From: Candidatus Wolframiiraptor sinensis
GTDB lineage: Archaea > Thermoproteota > Nitrososphaeria_A > Caldarchaeales > Wolframiiraptoraceae
Assembly (NCBI GenBank): GCA_023261815.1
Contig: JALNKA010000001.1
Span: forward strand, 97,347 to 161,346
Length of the DNA stretch: 64,000 nucleotides
Reading direction: 5' to 3'
The translations under genes were made by a program, and so were the position numbers. Positions 1 to 9,886 of this stretch are shown here, piece after piece (the first letter of the stretch is position 1; the number at the start of each line of letters is the position of its first letter). Under the pieces are notes generated by a model. The model saw only the letters and a program-made list of their open reading frames with translations, was not told the DNA's origin and ran no database searches.

Positions 1-1354
1 GTTTGCGAGAATGTTCTATAGAAGGCCTCTCCCCGCGTTGAACGCAAAGGCCGGGATAGCGCTGATAGATGAGGCGGCGGGCATACCTGTACCAATACTC
101 CTAGGATTCAAGAAGAGGTTCTGGAGGGCAGTATACTCATCGACTATTCACGGCTATGAGGGGGCCGGCAGGGGGTTCATGGTCAGGCTCCTCACGAGGC
201 TCAGGAGCGAGTTCCGCCAAGACTTCATGGAGCTTGAGATGAGGGAGCCGATAAGATACGGCGATGGAGACCCTGTTGAGTCTTGGCTCTATGACGTCCT
301 GCTCCTCGACTCGGAGCCGGCGATCCTAGATCGCGAGGAGCTGAATCTGAAGCCCGGGGACTGCGAATACGCCGAGCTCGACAAGGATAAGTTGTTCGCG
401 GAGGATGAGCACATCCTTAGGCAGCTTATAGGGCTCTACGTCCTAACGCACTACAGGAATAGGCCGAATGACGTCGCCATGCTCGCGAATGCTCCGCACC
501 ACATGATAAGAGCGCTGCTATCGCCCAGCGGAAAGGTCCTCGCCGCGCTGCACCTCTGCCTTGAGGGAGATCTCTCAGACGAGCTGCTACGCGAGATAGA
601 GGAGCTGCCGAAAGGCCACATGATCCCCTCCGTGATAAGCCGCTATTACCCCTACATGAGGAGCTTCGGTAGGCTCAGAGGCCTCAGGGTCGTCAGGATA
701 GCTGTTCATCCATCGCTCTGGGGCAGGGGCTTCGGCTCGCATATTCTCCAAAAGCTGTGCGAGGAGCTTGAAGCGAAGGGCTTTGACTGGGTTGGAGCCG
801 GATTCGGCGCTAGCCCACAGCTTCTCAGATTCTGGTTCAAAAACGAATTCTATCCCGTGGCCATAGGGCCTCTGAGAAACAAGGTCTCCGGCGAGTTCAG
901 CGTGATGGTCGTGAGGCCATTAACCCAGAAGGCCGAGAGGTTCATCGAGGAGCTCGGAAGAGAGTTTAGGCTCAGGCTGATAAGCGGCCTCTCGGACCCA
1001 TACTTCGACATGGATCTCGAGACCGCCTGGCTACTCCTATCAAAGACCCACGGAAGCTATAGGCCCAAGCCGTATTTCAGGGGATCTCAGCGGATGAGGC
1101 TCGAATCCTACCTGAGGGGGTACGTGAACTATGAGGGCGCATCCGACGCGATCAGGTGCTTGGTCGAAGCACATTTCCTATCAACTGGGAATGAGCGGGC
1201 CGGGCTTCCGGAGAAGGCTGAAAAGCTCTTGATAGCTAAGACGCTTCAGGGGAGGAGATGGGATCAGGTGGCCAAGATTCTTAGGGAGAAGCCGGAGGAG
1301 CTCATAGGTGTGATGAAGGAGGCGGTCATAAAGCTATCAGAGCACTACTTATGA
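1..1354 (+). CDS. tmcA: tRNA(Met) cytidine acetyltransferase TmcA, C-terminal ~447 aa; the 5' end lies outside the window
   Basis: The ORF is open to position 1. It has the end of a helicase-like domain (HGYEGAGRGF) followed by a GNAT acetyl-CoA motif (RIAVHPSLWGRGFGSHIL) and a basic C-terminal tRNA-binding tail. Confidence 0.7.
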   Translation, partial: FARMFYRRPLPALNAKAGIALIDEAAGIPVPILLGFKKRFWRAVYSSTIHGYEGAGRGFMVRLLTRLRSEFRQDFMELEMREPIRYGDGDPVESWLYDVLLLDSEPAILDREELNLKPGDCEYAELDKDKLFAEDEHILRQLIGLYVLTHYRNRPNDVAMLANAPHHMIRALLSPSGKVLAALHLCLEGDLSDELLREIEELPKGHMIPSVISRYYPYMRSFGRLRGLRVVRIAVHPSLWGRGFGSHILQKLCEELEAKGFDWVGAGFGASPQLLRFWFKNEFYPVAIGPLRNKVSGEFSVMVVRPLTQKAERFIEELGREFRLRLISGLSDPYFDMDLETAWLLLSKTHGSYRPKPYFRGSQRMRLESYLRGYVNYEGASDAIRCLVEAHFLSTGNERAGLPEKAEKLLIAKTLQGRRWDQVAKILREKPEELIGVMKEAVIKLSEHYL

Positions 1355-1424
1355 GCTAGAGCCGCTCATCCGCTCAAAAATATCAAGACAAGAAAATCAA
1401 GAGCTGAGAAACCCTCAGTGCCCC

Positions 1425-2541
1425 GTGATCTCAATAGTTTATGTATGTGACCATAGATTATGTAGGGATGATATTTATCGTGATTATACCTCTCATTCAT
1501 CGACTTTGGATTTAGCTATAATCGCCATCGGGATCGGCTATTTTCTTACATTCCTGATGGGATTGCTCTCGGCGGGAATGATGCCGCGACTCCATGCGAT
1601 ACATCCGTGGGCGCTAGGGTCATTTCCATAAGGAACGCGCTCATACTCTTCGCGGTTTTCACGAGCCTCGGAGCGCTAACTCAGGGATACATGGTCATGA
1701 AGACCATCGGGAGGGGCGTGGTGCCGGCCATAGACCTGCTCGGAGTCCTGATAACGGTCTCGGTGGCATTCGCCTGGATAATGTTCTGCAATTACTATGG
1801 ACTCGAGATCTCCGTCACGCACTCGATAATAGGCGCCGTCCTGGGCTATGGAATCGCCGCATACAGGCTCGAGCGAGTCAACTGGAGCCTCATGTACAAC
1901 ATAATCGCGAGCTGGATAGCATCCCCCCTTCTAGCGCTGCTCATGGCCTACCTCGTCTACAAGCTTATCGCACGCGCGGTTAAGGGATATAGCTTGATGG
2001 CAACAAGGCTTATGCCAGCTCTACTCATAGCGACTCTCTGCTACTCCGCATACGCCTTCGGCACCAACGACATAGCGAACGCGACGGACGTCTATGTGAC
2101 GGTCAGCCAGATAGTCTTCGGGGGGATGCCGGAGCAGAATGTAATGCTCATCCTCGCTGCGCTGGGAAGCATCGGGGTGGCAGCTGGAGGATTCCTCCTA
2201 GGAGCTAGGGTCATAGGAACCGTGGCCTTCAAGATAACCAGGCTGGACCGATCTCGGGCTTCGCGGCCGAGCTCTCAAACGCTTTCATAGTTCACATGTT
2301 CACGACGATACCATATTTCCTACTCGGATACGGGATACCGATCTCGACGTCGCTCGCGGGGGTTGGCGCGGTGATAGGAGTTGGCCTCGCGATGTACAGG
2401 TCCGCCGGCGTGAACAAGAGAACTGTTCTAAAGCTCTTCATGGCCTGGATAGGAACCGTCACGGTGACAGCGCTCGCGAGCTACATTCTCTACACGCTAA
2501 TCGCTCCAATTACAGGCCCCATACTCAAACCAAAAGTTTAA
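1425..2541 (+). pseudogene. pit: PiT-family inorganic phosphate transporter, split into three ORFs by two apparent 1-nt deletions; may be an assembly artefact
   Basis: The PiT signature GxNDxAxxxxTSVG...AVFxxLGA appears (as GGNDAATPCDTSVGARVISIRNALILFAVFTSLGALTQG) only when reading passes from frame 0 (1425..1631) into frame 2 near 1575-1580. The C-terminal motif GFAAELSNAFIV...GIPISTS is recovered by a second shift near 2245-2250 that joins ORF 1607..2290 to ORF 2296..2541. Confidence 0.6.
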
Positions 2542-2600
2542 TTATAGTCTATGACGGAGGGTTTCAGAGGAGGTGGTTTTGGCGTTTAAAAGGCCATCCG

Positions 2601-3257
2601 ATGATCTGGATTGGCAGAAAAAGGGAGCGGGAGATGCTGAAGCTCTCCAAGCTACACTTCAACAAGGTCATGGAGCTCACGAAAACATTCAAGGAATATA
2701 TCGCCCTATACTCCGATTGCAGGCCCGAGGAATATTCCAGCAAGTATCAGCTGATCTTCAAGCTCGAGAGGGAGGCGGATGAGGAGAAGGAGAAAATACT
2801 CTCGGAGGTCTCGAGGGGGCCGTTCCACCCGATAGACCGCGAAGACATAATAGGCCTAGTCCTAGCGATCGACGATATAGCGGCTGACCTGAAATCGGCT
2901 TCCCGGAAGCTCCTATACACGGACTCGAGGAATGTGCCCGAGCCCGTTAGAAGGAAGCTCAATGGCCTCGCGAATCTCATGATGGAGATCGTCGAGAGGC
3001 TGGAAGATGCTCTCAGCGCGCTGATAGACGGGTCAAAGGACGCGCTGGGTCTCGCAGACCTAGTCGAGCGAAAGGAGGAGATAGATGAGTTCAGACACGA
3101 CCTGATAAGCGATGTGCTGATTTGGGGCGGCTCATCGGGGAAGCTCAGCGACGTCCTGATGGTGAAGGAGGCTGTGGAGAGTATCGAGAACGCGTCGGAT
3201 AGGGCTGAGGATGTCGCCGACCTCATAAGAAGAATAACGATTACTAGGACCTTGTAG
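2601..3257 (+). CDS. PhoU-like DUF47-family protein, the usual accessory protein of Pit transporters
   Basis: Lies immediately downstream of pit and has the typical helical DUF47/PhoU-like composition. Confidence 0.7.
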   Translation: MIWIGRKREREMLKLSKLHFNKVMELTKTFKEYIALYSDCRPEEYSSKYQLIFKLEREADEEKEKILSEVSRGPFHPIDREDIIGLVLAIDDIAADLKSASRKLLYTDSRNVPEPVRRKLNGLANLMMEIVERLEDALSALIDGSKDALGLADLVERKEEIDEFRHDLISDVLIWGGSSGKLSDVLMVKEAVESIENASDRAEDVADLIRRITITRTL

Positions 3258-3648
3258 CCTCGCCCATGGCTTCCTGCTCCTCCCTGAGCTTAAGAGCCTC
3301 CTCCACGGCTTTCTTAACAACGCCCTCCCCTATCTCCCTGAAAGCCCTAACTCTGAGGCTCGAGTAGTCCCAGATTATCCTTCCCTCTGATACGGTATAT
3401 GGGGCCTCTATTCTGACCAGATCGCCCTTAGATAGAGCGAGGTATTTGACGAAGGCCTCGTAGAGCACCGTGTTGAGCTCGCCCGCCGCCCTCGCGACCT
3501 CCTTAACATCAACCTCGCCGGACTTTACTTTCTGGGAGAGCTGGGCGAAGAGAACCCTCCTAACCCTATTCGCGTATGCGCCTGTAAGGACTATCCCCGT
3601 TCTCATAATCTGCTTTTCTTCGGGTTTGCCAGCCCCCTCCATAACCAA
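3244..3648 (-). CDS. hypothetical protein
   Basis: 134-aa ORF with protein-like composition; I do not recognise a family. Confidence 0.4.
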   Translation of the reverse strand: MVMEGAGKPEEKQIMRTGIVLTGAYANRVRRVLFAQLSQKVKSGEVDVKEVARAAGELNTVLYEAFVKYLALSKGDLVRIEAPYTVSEGRIIWDYSSLRVRAFREIGEGVVKKAVEEALKLREEQEAMGEATRS

Positions 3649-3732
3649 GTATATGATAATGTTAGCAGGCTTATAAGCGATCGAGACCCGGTAATCGGAA
3701 GACTTACATTATGCGCGTATACTGCTTATTTC

Positions 3733-4380
3733 ATGGCCATCCTCGGCGAGAGGGAGAGAAGGTACCTCAAATCCAAGTTCGAGAAGGAGCTCTCGGGCAG
3801 GGTTAGGCTCATCGTCTTCACGCAGGAGTTCGAGTGCGAGTACTGCGCTGAAGTCAGGGGTCTCGCAGAGGAGATAGCGGAGCTAGATGATAGGATAAGC
3901 GTCGAGGTCCACGACTTCCAGTCGGACAGGAGCCTAGCCGAGAGGCTTAAAGTGGATAAGATACCTGCCCTGCTGCTCTTCGGCGAGAAAGAATATGGTG
4001 TCAGGTTCTTCGGTATCCCGAGCGGATACGAGTTCACCACGCTCATCGATGACATCATCCAGGTCTCGAGGGGCTCTTCAAGCCTTCCTGCAAGCCTCAG
4101 GGAGAAAATTAGGCAGATAGATCGCCCCATTCACATACAGGTCTTCGTTACGCCGACTTGCCCCTACTGCCCAATAGCCGTTAAAACAGCTCATCAAATG
4201 GCCATAGAGAACGCGAACATCACCTCGGACATGATCGAGATCCTCGAGTTCCCCCACCTCGCCCACAAATACCAGGTCATGGCAGTGCCGAAGATCGTGA
4301 TCAACGATAGGGTCAGCTTCGAGGGAGCATTACCCGAGCCGATATTCGTCGAGTACGTCCTAGCCGCGGTGAAAAGCTAA
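3733..4380 (+). CDS. protein disulfide oxidoreductase with two thioredoxin-fold units
   Basis: Two CxxC motifs (CEYC and CPYC) in tandem Trx-like halves, as in the Pyrococcus PDO family. Confidence 0.75.
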   Translation: MAILGERERRYLKSKFEKELSGRVRLIVFTQEFECEYCAEVRGLAEEIAELDDRISVEVHDFQSDRSLAERLKVDKIPALLLFGEKEYGVRFFGIPSGYEFTTLIDDIIQVSRGSSSLPASLREKIRQIDRPIHIQVFVTPTCPYCPIAVKTAHQMAIENANITSDMIEILEFPHLAHKYQVMAVPKIVINDRVSFEGALPEPIFVEYVLAAVKS

Positions 4381-4416
4381 GCTTAAGCCAGGCCAGCATT
4401 ACGGGTCTAATGAAAG

Positions 4417-4785
4417 ATGTCTCTCGCGAGAATCCCCATAAAGATCGAGATAGAGGGGCTTGGAGAGCTCGATGGAGAGCTGATCAGGTTTCACGCTCCG
4501 CTAACAGTAAACGCCCTCGTCAGGATGCTTCCGATAAGTGGCGCGATCGCCAAATGGGATTACGCGATATACTTTCAGGCTCCGCTTGAGAGGGGGGCTG
4601 AGAAGCCGGTGAGCCGCGTGAGCGCGGGCGACATCCTCTACTGGCCTCCGGGAAGCTGCGTGGCGCTAGCCTTCGCCGAGGCCACTCCACCGGCTCAAAT
4701 GACTAGGATAGGCAGATATCAAGCCGACTATGAGAGGCTCAGGGATATCCGAGTGGGAGCGAGAATAATGATTAGGAAGGCCTAG
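4417..4785 (+). CDS. hypothetical protein
   Basis: 122-aa ORF with coding-like composition; function unknown. Confidence 0.35.
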   Translation: MSLARIPIKIEIEGLGELDGELIRFHAPLTVNALVRMLPISGAIAKWDYAIYFQAPLERGAEKPVSRVSAGDILYWPPGSCVALAFAEATPPAQMTRIGRYQADYERLRDIRVGARIMIRKA

Positions 4786-4788
4786 AGC

Positions 4789-5133
4789 TCACTTCTTTTT
4801 AGGCTTCTTCACCTTGACCTCGGCGAGCGCCTCCTTCACCGGCGCGTAGATCTTAAGCCTCCTATCCCCTACGATCAGCTTAACATAGCCTTTTCCGGCG
4901 AGATCGCGGAGAACCTGCCTGGCGATCGAGATCCTTACCCCAAACTTCTCAGCAAGAAGATTAGGTGTCACGTATGGTTGATCCCTCAGGAATTCTAGAA
5001 CCTCATCGGTCGGCGGTGGGATCACGCTGGCAACAGCCTTCTCCTTAACCTTGGAGCCGGCGGCTGCTCCGCCCTCCCGCGCTCTCGCGGCCTTCTTCTC
5101 AAGCTGGCTCAAGCTCGGCTTCTTCGGCGGCAT
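4789..5133 (-). CDS. rps25e: 30S ribosomal protein S25e
   Basis: The sequence MPPKKPS...VLEFLRDQPYVTPNLLAEKFGVRISIARQVLRDL is the S25e fold. An internal ATG at 5133 is preceded by GGAGGTG. The longer annotated ORF to 5298 is an upstream extension. Confidence 0.85.
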   Translation of the reverse strand: MPPKKPSLSQLEKKAARAREGGAAAGSKVKEKAVASVIPPPTDEVLEFLRDQPYVTPNLLAEKFGVRISIARQVLRDLAGKGYVKLIVGDRRLKIYAPVKEALAEVKVKKPKKK

Positions 5134-5232
5134 GACCGCACCTCCCCGCTGGAAGAAGCCAATACTCTTCATAAATATTTTCCAAGGAGGCGGTAATAGT
5201 CTAATCCAGCCAAATATGTAATAGGCCTTGGC

Positions 5233-6063
5233 GTGAGGCTGAGGGATTACTTGGCAGAGAGCATTCGGGAGGCTCCCATCGAGCACCTCCCATCCCATGC
5301 GAAGTTAATCGATAAGGTGGCCCTCGTCAGGCTGAGGGAGGAGATTGAGGGGCTGAAGCACGAGATAGGCGAGCTCATCCTCAGATTCTATAATGCTCGA
5401 GCCGTGTATCTTGTGCGGGGCGTTGAGGGTGTTGAAAGAAGGCCCCGCCTCGAGCTGATAGCAGGCGACCCCATCCGAGAGATAACGCACCGCGAATATG
5501 GCTGCATCTTCAAGCTAGATCTCACGCAGCTGATGTTCTGCCTCGGCAACAGCTTCGAGAGATTGAGGGTGGCTGGATTGACGGGCGAGGGCGAGGTCGT
5601 TGTGGACATGTTCGCTGGCGTGGGGCAATTCGCGATACCGGTAGCGGTTCTCGGAGAGCCCGAAAAGATCTATGCCATCGAGATAAACCCGCTCGCGCAT
5701 AGATATCTCCTGGAGAACGTGCGCCTGAATGATGTGGGCGATAGGGTTGAGGCGATTCTGGGTGATTGCAGGGAGATCGCGCCGAGAATGCTTAGCGGCG
5801 CCGCCGATAGGGTCATTATGGGGTATTTCGGGGGCACGATCGAGGCGCTCCGCGCGGCGCTATCAGCTCTGAAGCCGGAGGGCGGAATAATTCACTTCCA
5901 CGAGCTCGCTAGAAGAGGCGGCGAAGAGAACCTCGTGAAAGAGTTGCTGGAAACCGCCGCGAGCCACGGGTTTCACGCGCGATTGCTATTGTGGAGGAAG
6001 GTCAAGAGCTACTCGAGGACGAGGAACCACATCGTGATAGACTTTTTCGCGGCCAGAGCTTAG
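5233..6063 (+). CDS. Trm5/Taw2(TYW2)-family SAM-dependent tRNA methyltransferase
   Basis: Has the VVDMFAGVGQFAIP motif (D-x-F-A-G-x-G) and the NP motif EINPLAHRYL of the Met-10+ / Trm5 family. Confidence 0.65.
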   Translation: MRLRDYLAESIREAPIEHLPSHAKLIDKVALVRLREEIEGLKHEIGELILRFYNARAVYLVRGVEGVERRPRLELIAGDPIREITHREYGCIFKLDLTQLMFCLGNSFERLRVAGLTGEGEVVVDMFAGVGQFAIPVAVLGEPEKIYAIEINPLAHRYLLENVRLNDVGDRVEAILGDCREIAPRMLSGAADRVIMGYFGGTIEALRAALSALKPEGGIIHFHELARRGGEENLVKELLETAASHGFHARLLLWRKVKSYSRTRNHIVIDFFAARA

Positions 6064-6223
6064 ACCGCCAAACCGCGCTAGCGGTAGAGCGGAGCCGGGA
6101 ACATCGTCCTTGCGCGGAGGTATTCTCGTGAAACTACCGAGGAGGTAATGGGCTTGAAGATGAAGCATCGCGGCAGCGTGTTCCACAATCTTTATTAATG
6201 GTGGCCATGACTTCGGATTGGTA

Positions 6224-7216
6224 ATGCGGCTTAATCTTTCCAGGAGGATTTTCATCAAGCTAGCGGGAGGATTGGCTTTAGCATCTCTGGGCTTGGGAGC
6301 GCTGGGGTATTCGCTTGGATGGTTTAGTCCTTGGGAGCAAGCAGTCTTCGAGAAAGAGAGTAGAAACACTTTGCGCGCCGATGGCGAGAGGTCTCTAGTA
6401 TCCTTTGTCAGGGGTCGAGATGCTCGTGAGATGGTGAGGGCCGCGGTAGAGATCATAGGTGGCATCGAGGGGGTCGTGAAGCCGGGATCTAGGGTCCTAA
6501 TCAAGCCTAATGTCGGGTTTAACAGGGTGGAGGCGGTAACATCGCCCGAGATATTGGGCGCGGTGATAGAGCTGGTTAAAGAGGCCGACCCGGCGGACAT
6601 AATCGTAGCCGAGAGCGCCGTTCGCGGCTACGATACATCGAGCAACTTTGATAGAGTTGGGGTAAGAGAGGTTGCCAGGGAGCTGGGCGTCCGCCTGATA
6701 GATCTAGATAAGGAGGATAGGGCTGTCAAGACTAAGATTAGGGGGAGGGTTCTTCAGGAGGTTTCAGTCTTCAAGCAAGCGCTCGATGCCGACGTCATAA
6801 TAAGCGTGCCAAAGCTCAAGAGGCATTCGCAAGCAGTAGTCACGATCTCGCTGAAGAACATGATGGGCATAATGCCGGATGATCAGAAGGGAATGTTTCA
6901 CGTTCTCGGATTGGATCAGTGCATAGCCGACCTCAACACAGCGTTCAAGCCGGATCTGGCGATAGTGGACGCGATCGAGGTCATGACGGTCAGCGGCCCC
7001 GGGATGGGCAAGATGGTCCCGGGAAACGCGGTATTGGCGAGCAGGGATCCAGTGGCATTGGATCTCGTGGCCGCGGAGTACCTATTCAAGCTCGAGGGGC
7101 ACGCGGATCCACTCAGAGCCGCGATGAATGTTCCGCACATAAGGCTGGCGGCGGAGCTCGGCGTGGGCACGAACGACATATCGAGAATAGAACTGATTAG
7201 AAGGGAGCCGGGTTGA
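6224..7216 (+). CDS. DUF362-domain protein with a twin-arginine (Tat) signal peptide
   Basis: N-terminal SRRIFIKLAGGLALASLG Tat motif, and a DUF362-like core (VLIKPNVGF...TSPEILGAVIELV...VPKLKRHS). ATG at 6224. Confidence 0.6.
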   Translation: MRLNLSRRIFIKLAGGLALASLGLGALGYSLGWFSPWEQAVFEKESRNTLRADGERSLVSFVRGRDAREMVRAAVEIIGGIEGVVKPGSRVLIKPNVGFNRVEAVTSPEILGAVIELVKEADPADIIVAESAVRGYDTSSNFDRVGVREVARELGVRLIDLDKEDRAVKTKIRGRVLQEVSVFKQALDADVIISVPKLKRHSQAVVTISLKNMMGIMPDDQKGMFHVLGLDQCIADLNTAFKPDLAIVDAIEVMTVSGPGMGKMVPGNAVLASRDPVALDLVAAEYLFKLEGHADPLRAAMNVPHIRLAAELGVGTNDISRIELIRREPG

Positions 7217-7821
7217 TCAGCCGGAGGAGCCTTCTCAGGGCGATGCTGGGAGCTCTCCTCGTGCCCCTCGCAGGGGTATCAATAGCAGCCTTGCCGAGCA
7301 GGAGGGTTGTGCGGCCCCCGGGCGCAATCGAGGAGGAGCGCTTCCTAGAGATCTGCGTTCGATGTGGAGCATGCATCGAGGCCTGCTTCAGGGATGGGCG
7401 AGGGACGCTGGAGCCATGCGGGCTTCCAGATGGCCCGCCGCTAATAGGAACCCCTAAAGTCAATCCGCTTAGAGCTCCATGTGAGGCTCTTTATGGAAAA
7501 TGCGAGAATAAGTTGCCATGTATCAGGTCCTGCCCCACGGGCGCCCTGAAGTGGGTCGAGCCGGATGAGATAAAGCTCGGGTCCGTAAAATGGAGTCCAA
7601 GGCTCTGCATCGCCTTCCTCGGAGGAACATGCCTCGTCTGCGCCGAGGTATGCCCAGTGCCAGGCGCAATAACTCCGGAGGGTAGAATCCCGATCTTCCA
7701 CCTCGATAGATGCGTGGGATGTGGGCGGTGCGTATACGCGTGTCCAGCTGATCCAAAGGCTCTAGTCCTCGTGCCGGATGGGGAGGTGAGGTATCGCTGG
7801 CGAAGAGGCTCATCAAGATAA
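7213..7821 (+). CDS. Tat-exported polyferredoxin, NapG/MauM-like
   Basis: SRRSLLRA Tat motif and four Cys clusters (CVRCGACIEAC, CIRSCP, CLVCAEVCP, CVGCGRCVYACP). The TTG start overlaps the DUF362 stop. Confidence 0.6.
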   Translation: MISRRSLLRAMLGALLVPLAGVSIAALPSRRVVRPPGAIEEERFLEICVRCGACIEACFRDGRGTLEPCGLPDGPPLIGTPKVNPLRAPCEALYGKCENKLPCIRSCPTGALKWVEPDEIKLGSVKWSPRLCIAFLGGTCLVCAEVCPVPGAITPEGRIPIFHLDRCVGCGRCVYACPADPKALVLVPDGEVRYRWRRGSSR

Positions 7822-7994
7822 ACCTGCTCATAATCGCGATTGCAATCGCCATTTATCTAGCGCTGAACCTATCGGGCATAGCGAGAGGAGCATATTGCTC
7901 GCTATCAGCCGGGGGCGTAACTTTCCTGTGCCCGCTCGGCTTTCTCCAGCGCCCCGGGCTCGCTGGGGCATCATCCTGCGCGATAATCATAGGC

Positions 7995-8588
7995 GTGGCC
8001 GCGGTATTGATGGCAATACTGCTCTTAGGGAGATTCTTCTGCGGCTGGATCTGCCCCATGAGCATAGTGCTCCGCCTCCTGGGCAGTAAAGGTGCGGGGG
8101 GTAACGGCCGCCTATACATCCCCGCATTCTCGGTGAGCCTAGCCCTCATCCTACTCGCATCATGGATCATGGGATTCCCCGTATTCTGCATCATATGCCC
8201 CATCGGCATCGTAAGCAGGCTCATAATCTCGGCGCTAAGCGGGATATTGGATATATGGGGCATACTGTGGGGGGCAGCTATCTTCACGGCCACCATTACG
8301 CTGATCAAGGCGCGCGCATGGTGCAATGGCCTATGCCCATTGGGCGCGCTCCAAACGCTTCTAAGCCCTCTCAAATTAACGAGAATAAAGGCATCCCATG
8401 AATGTAAAAAGTGCAATGCTTGTGTCGAAGCCTGCCCGCTGAAGCTCGAGATTCATGAGGATCGCAGAGCTGATCAGATGAGCTGCACCACGTGCTTGGA
8501 ATGTGTTAAAACATGCCCATTTAACGCACTTAAGCTAGTCGTGATCCGCCCCCTCTCATCAGACAAATCTGGCGCGAAGAAGGAGTAA
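7995..8588 (+). CDS. NapH/MauN-like integral-membrane 4Fe-4S protein; the 5' end is uncertain
   Basis: FCGWICP and CNGLCPLGALQ motifs plus two CxxCxxCxxxCP motifs. The reading frame stays open and hydrophobic back to about 7803 without a canonical start codon. Confidence 0.6.
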   Translation: MAAVLMAILLLGRFFCGWICPMSIVLRLLGSKGAGGNGRLYIPAFSVSLALILLASWIMGFPVFCIICPIGIVSRLIISALSGILDIWGILWGAAIFTATITLIKARAWCNGLCPLGALQTLLSPLKLTRIKASHECKKCNACVEACPLKLEIHEDRRADQMSCTTCLECVKTCPFNALKLVVIRPLSSDKSGAKKE

Positions 8589-8604
8589 TCAGCTGTTGCA
8601 AAAG

Positions 8605-8610
8605 TTTTTT
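8605..8610 (+). terminator. oligo-T tract downstream of the NapH-like gene
   Basis: A T6 run 19 nt after the stop codon, in an AT-rich spacer between convergent genes. Confidence 0.35.
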
Positions 8611-8689
8611 GGGGAGCACTTCGCAAAAATTAAAACAGCATCCTGTTGCAATAATACTTCAAATTTTCACGCGAAATTGAGGCGCGTAT

Positions 8690-9124
8690 CTAGATTATTA
8701 TGCTTGCGGCGTTGGCTATTCTGGGCCAGCGCTCCGCAGCCTCCCTCGCCACGGGCCCCTTGATCTCCGTCGCCTTGAGATCGCCCTCGGGCGTGACTAA
8801 AACCGCCGCGGTATCCTCAAACATTATCCAAGTTCCATCGGGTCTCCTGTAGGGCTTCTTCTGCCTTATTATCACGGCATGCATTGGCTTCTTCCTCAGA
8901 TCTATCGGCCCCTTCTTCACGGTAACGGATACCAAGTCTCCAACGGCCGCGCATGGATGCCTTCTCCTCCTAGTCTTGATGCCATGCACCTGTATTATCT
9001 TGAGAAGCTGGGCGCCGGAGTTATCGGCGCATGGGATGAGCGAGCCCACGTTAATGGTTCTAGGTATGTCGGGCCTTCTCTCGAGAATCCCCACGGCTGC
9101 TACGGCCCTGCTCCTCTTTGACAT
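8690..9124 (-). CDS. rpl14: 50S ribosomal protein L14
   Basis: Strong uL14 similarity across the whole protein (for example GSLIPCADNSGA, TPEGDLKATEIKGPVAREAAE). Confidence 0.9.
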   Translation of the reverse strand: MSKRSRAVAAVGILERRPDIPRTINVGSLIPCADNSGAQLLKIIQVHGIKTRRRRHPCAAVGDLVSVTVKKGPIDLRKKPMHAVIIRQKKPYRRPDGTWIMFEDTAAVLVTPEGDLKATEIKGPVAREAAERWPRIANAASIII

Positions 9125-9164
9125 GCCGCACCTCCTCCTCCAAGATCTCGGGGGCTTTTAAGGA

Positions 9165-9497
9165 TCACTTTCCCTCGAGCTTCTCGATTACCACGAAATG
9201 GACGGTCTTGCTGAGCGGCCTGCACTCCGCGATTCTCACCCTATCCCCTTCCTTAACGTCCATGCACGGCGGGAGATGGGCTGGTATATTGCTCCTCCGC
9301 CGCTCATAGCGCTTATACTTCCTAACATAGTGAAGATATTCCCTCCTGACTATCACGGTCTTCGCCATCCTCTTCTTGTGGATGACCCCCGTGAGAATGA
9401 TTCCCCTAATCTTAAGGTGGCCGTGGAATGGGCATTTCGGGTCATCGCACTCCCTCTCCGGGGGCTTAACCGGTATCCCTATGTTCCTCGCGGGCAT
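9165..9497 (-). CDS. rps17: 30S ribosomal protein S17
   Basis: The uS17 pattern ([23 protein letters not shown]...[18 protein letters not shown]). Confidence 0.9.
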   Translation of the reverse strand: MPARNIGIPVKPPERECDDPKCPFHGHLKIRGIILTGVIHKKRMAKTVIVRREYLHYVRKYKRYERRRSNIPAHLPPCMDVKEGDRVRIAECRPLSKTVHFVVIEKLEGK

Positions 9498-9575
9498 GCT
9501 CGTATCACCCTATCCTCCATAGCGCCGGTGCTGGGGCTGACTCGGAGCAGCCTCCTAAATAACGTTTCCAGACTC

Positions 9576-9863
9576 CTACCACCTCCTCAGCCTCCTCTTC
9601 AACCTCTCCTCCGGCCTGCCGACCAGAATCCTTCCATCTACCAGAACTTTCTCCCCCGAGGGTAACTCGAATATAAACCTGTAAGCGTTCTTCGGCAGGC
9701 TCACGATCCTGCCATCATCTCTCAGCATTCTCAGCATATTCCTGGTCTCCCCGATGATCTCGCCGGCGTGCGCGAGGCCCACCCTCAGGGGCATAGCTTT
9801 GGCCCTGAGGCCCAGAAGCTCATGCCTCGGCAGATTTCTCGGGGTCAGCGTCCTAATCTTCAT
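9576..9863 (-). CDS. rnp1: RNase P protein component 1 (p29/Rpp29)
   Basis: Rpp29 signature (GEIIGETRNMLRMLRDDGRIVSLPK...VDGRILVGRPEERLK) and the conserved position directly upstream of rps17. Confidence 0.75.
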   Translation of the reverse strand: MKIRTLTPRNLPRHELLGLRAKAMPLRVGLAHAGEIIGETRNMLRMLRDDGRIVSLPKNAYRFIFELPSGEKVLVDGRILVGRPEERLKRRLRRW

Positions 9864-9886
9864 CGCGGAGAGTATGCTCAGGCAGC

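Noticed and set aside
6075-6105. tRNA-like string GCGCTAGCGGTAGAGCGGAGCCGGG downstream of the Trm5-family gene
   Set aside because: It contains a GGTAGAGC D-loop-like motif. There is no T-arm (GTTCRANYC) and no acceptor-stem complement, and a 70-76 nt cloverleaf cannot be drawn.
7895-8089. 64-aa ORF upstream of and overlapping the NapH-like gene, which might have supplied a start
   Set aside because: It is in the wrong frame and Arg/Pro-rich, and it is not hydrophobic like the conserved NapH N-terminus.
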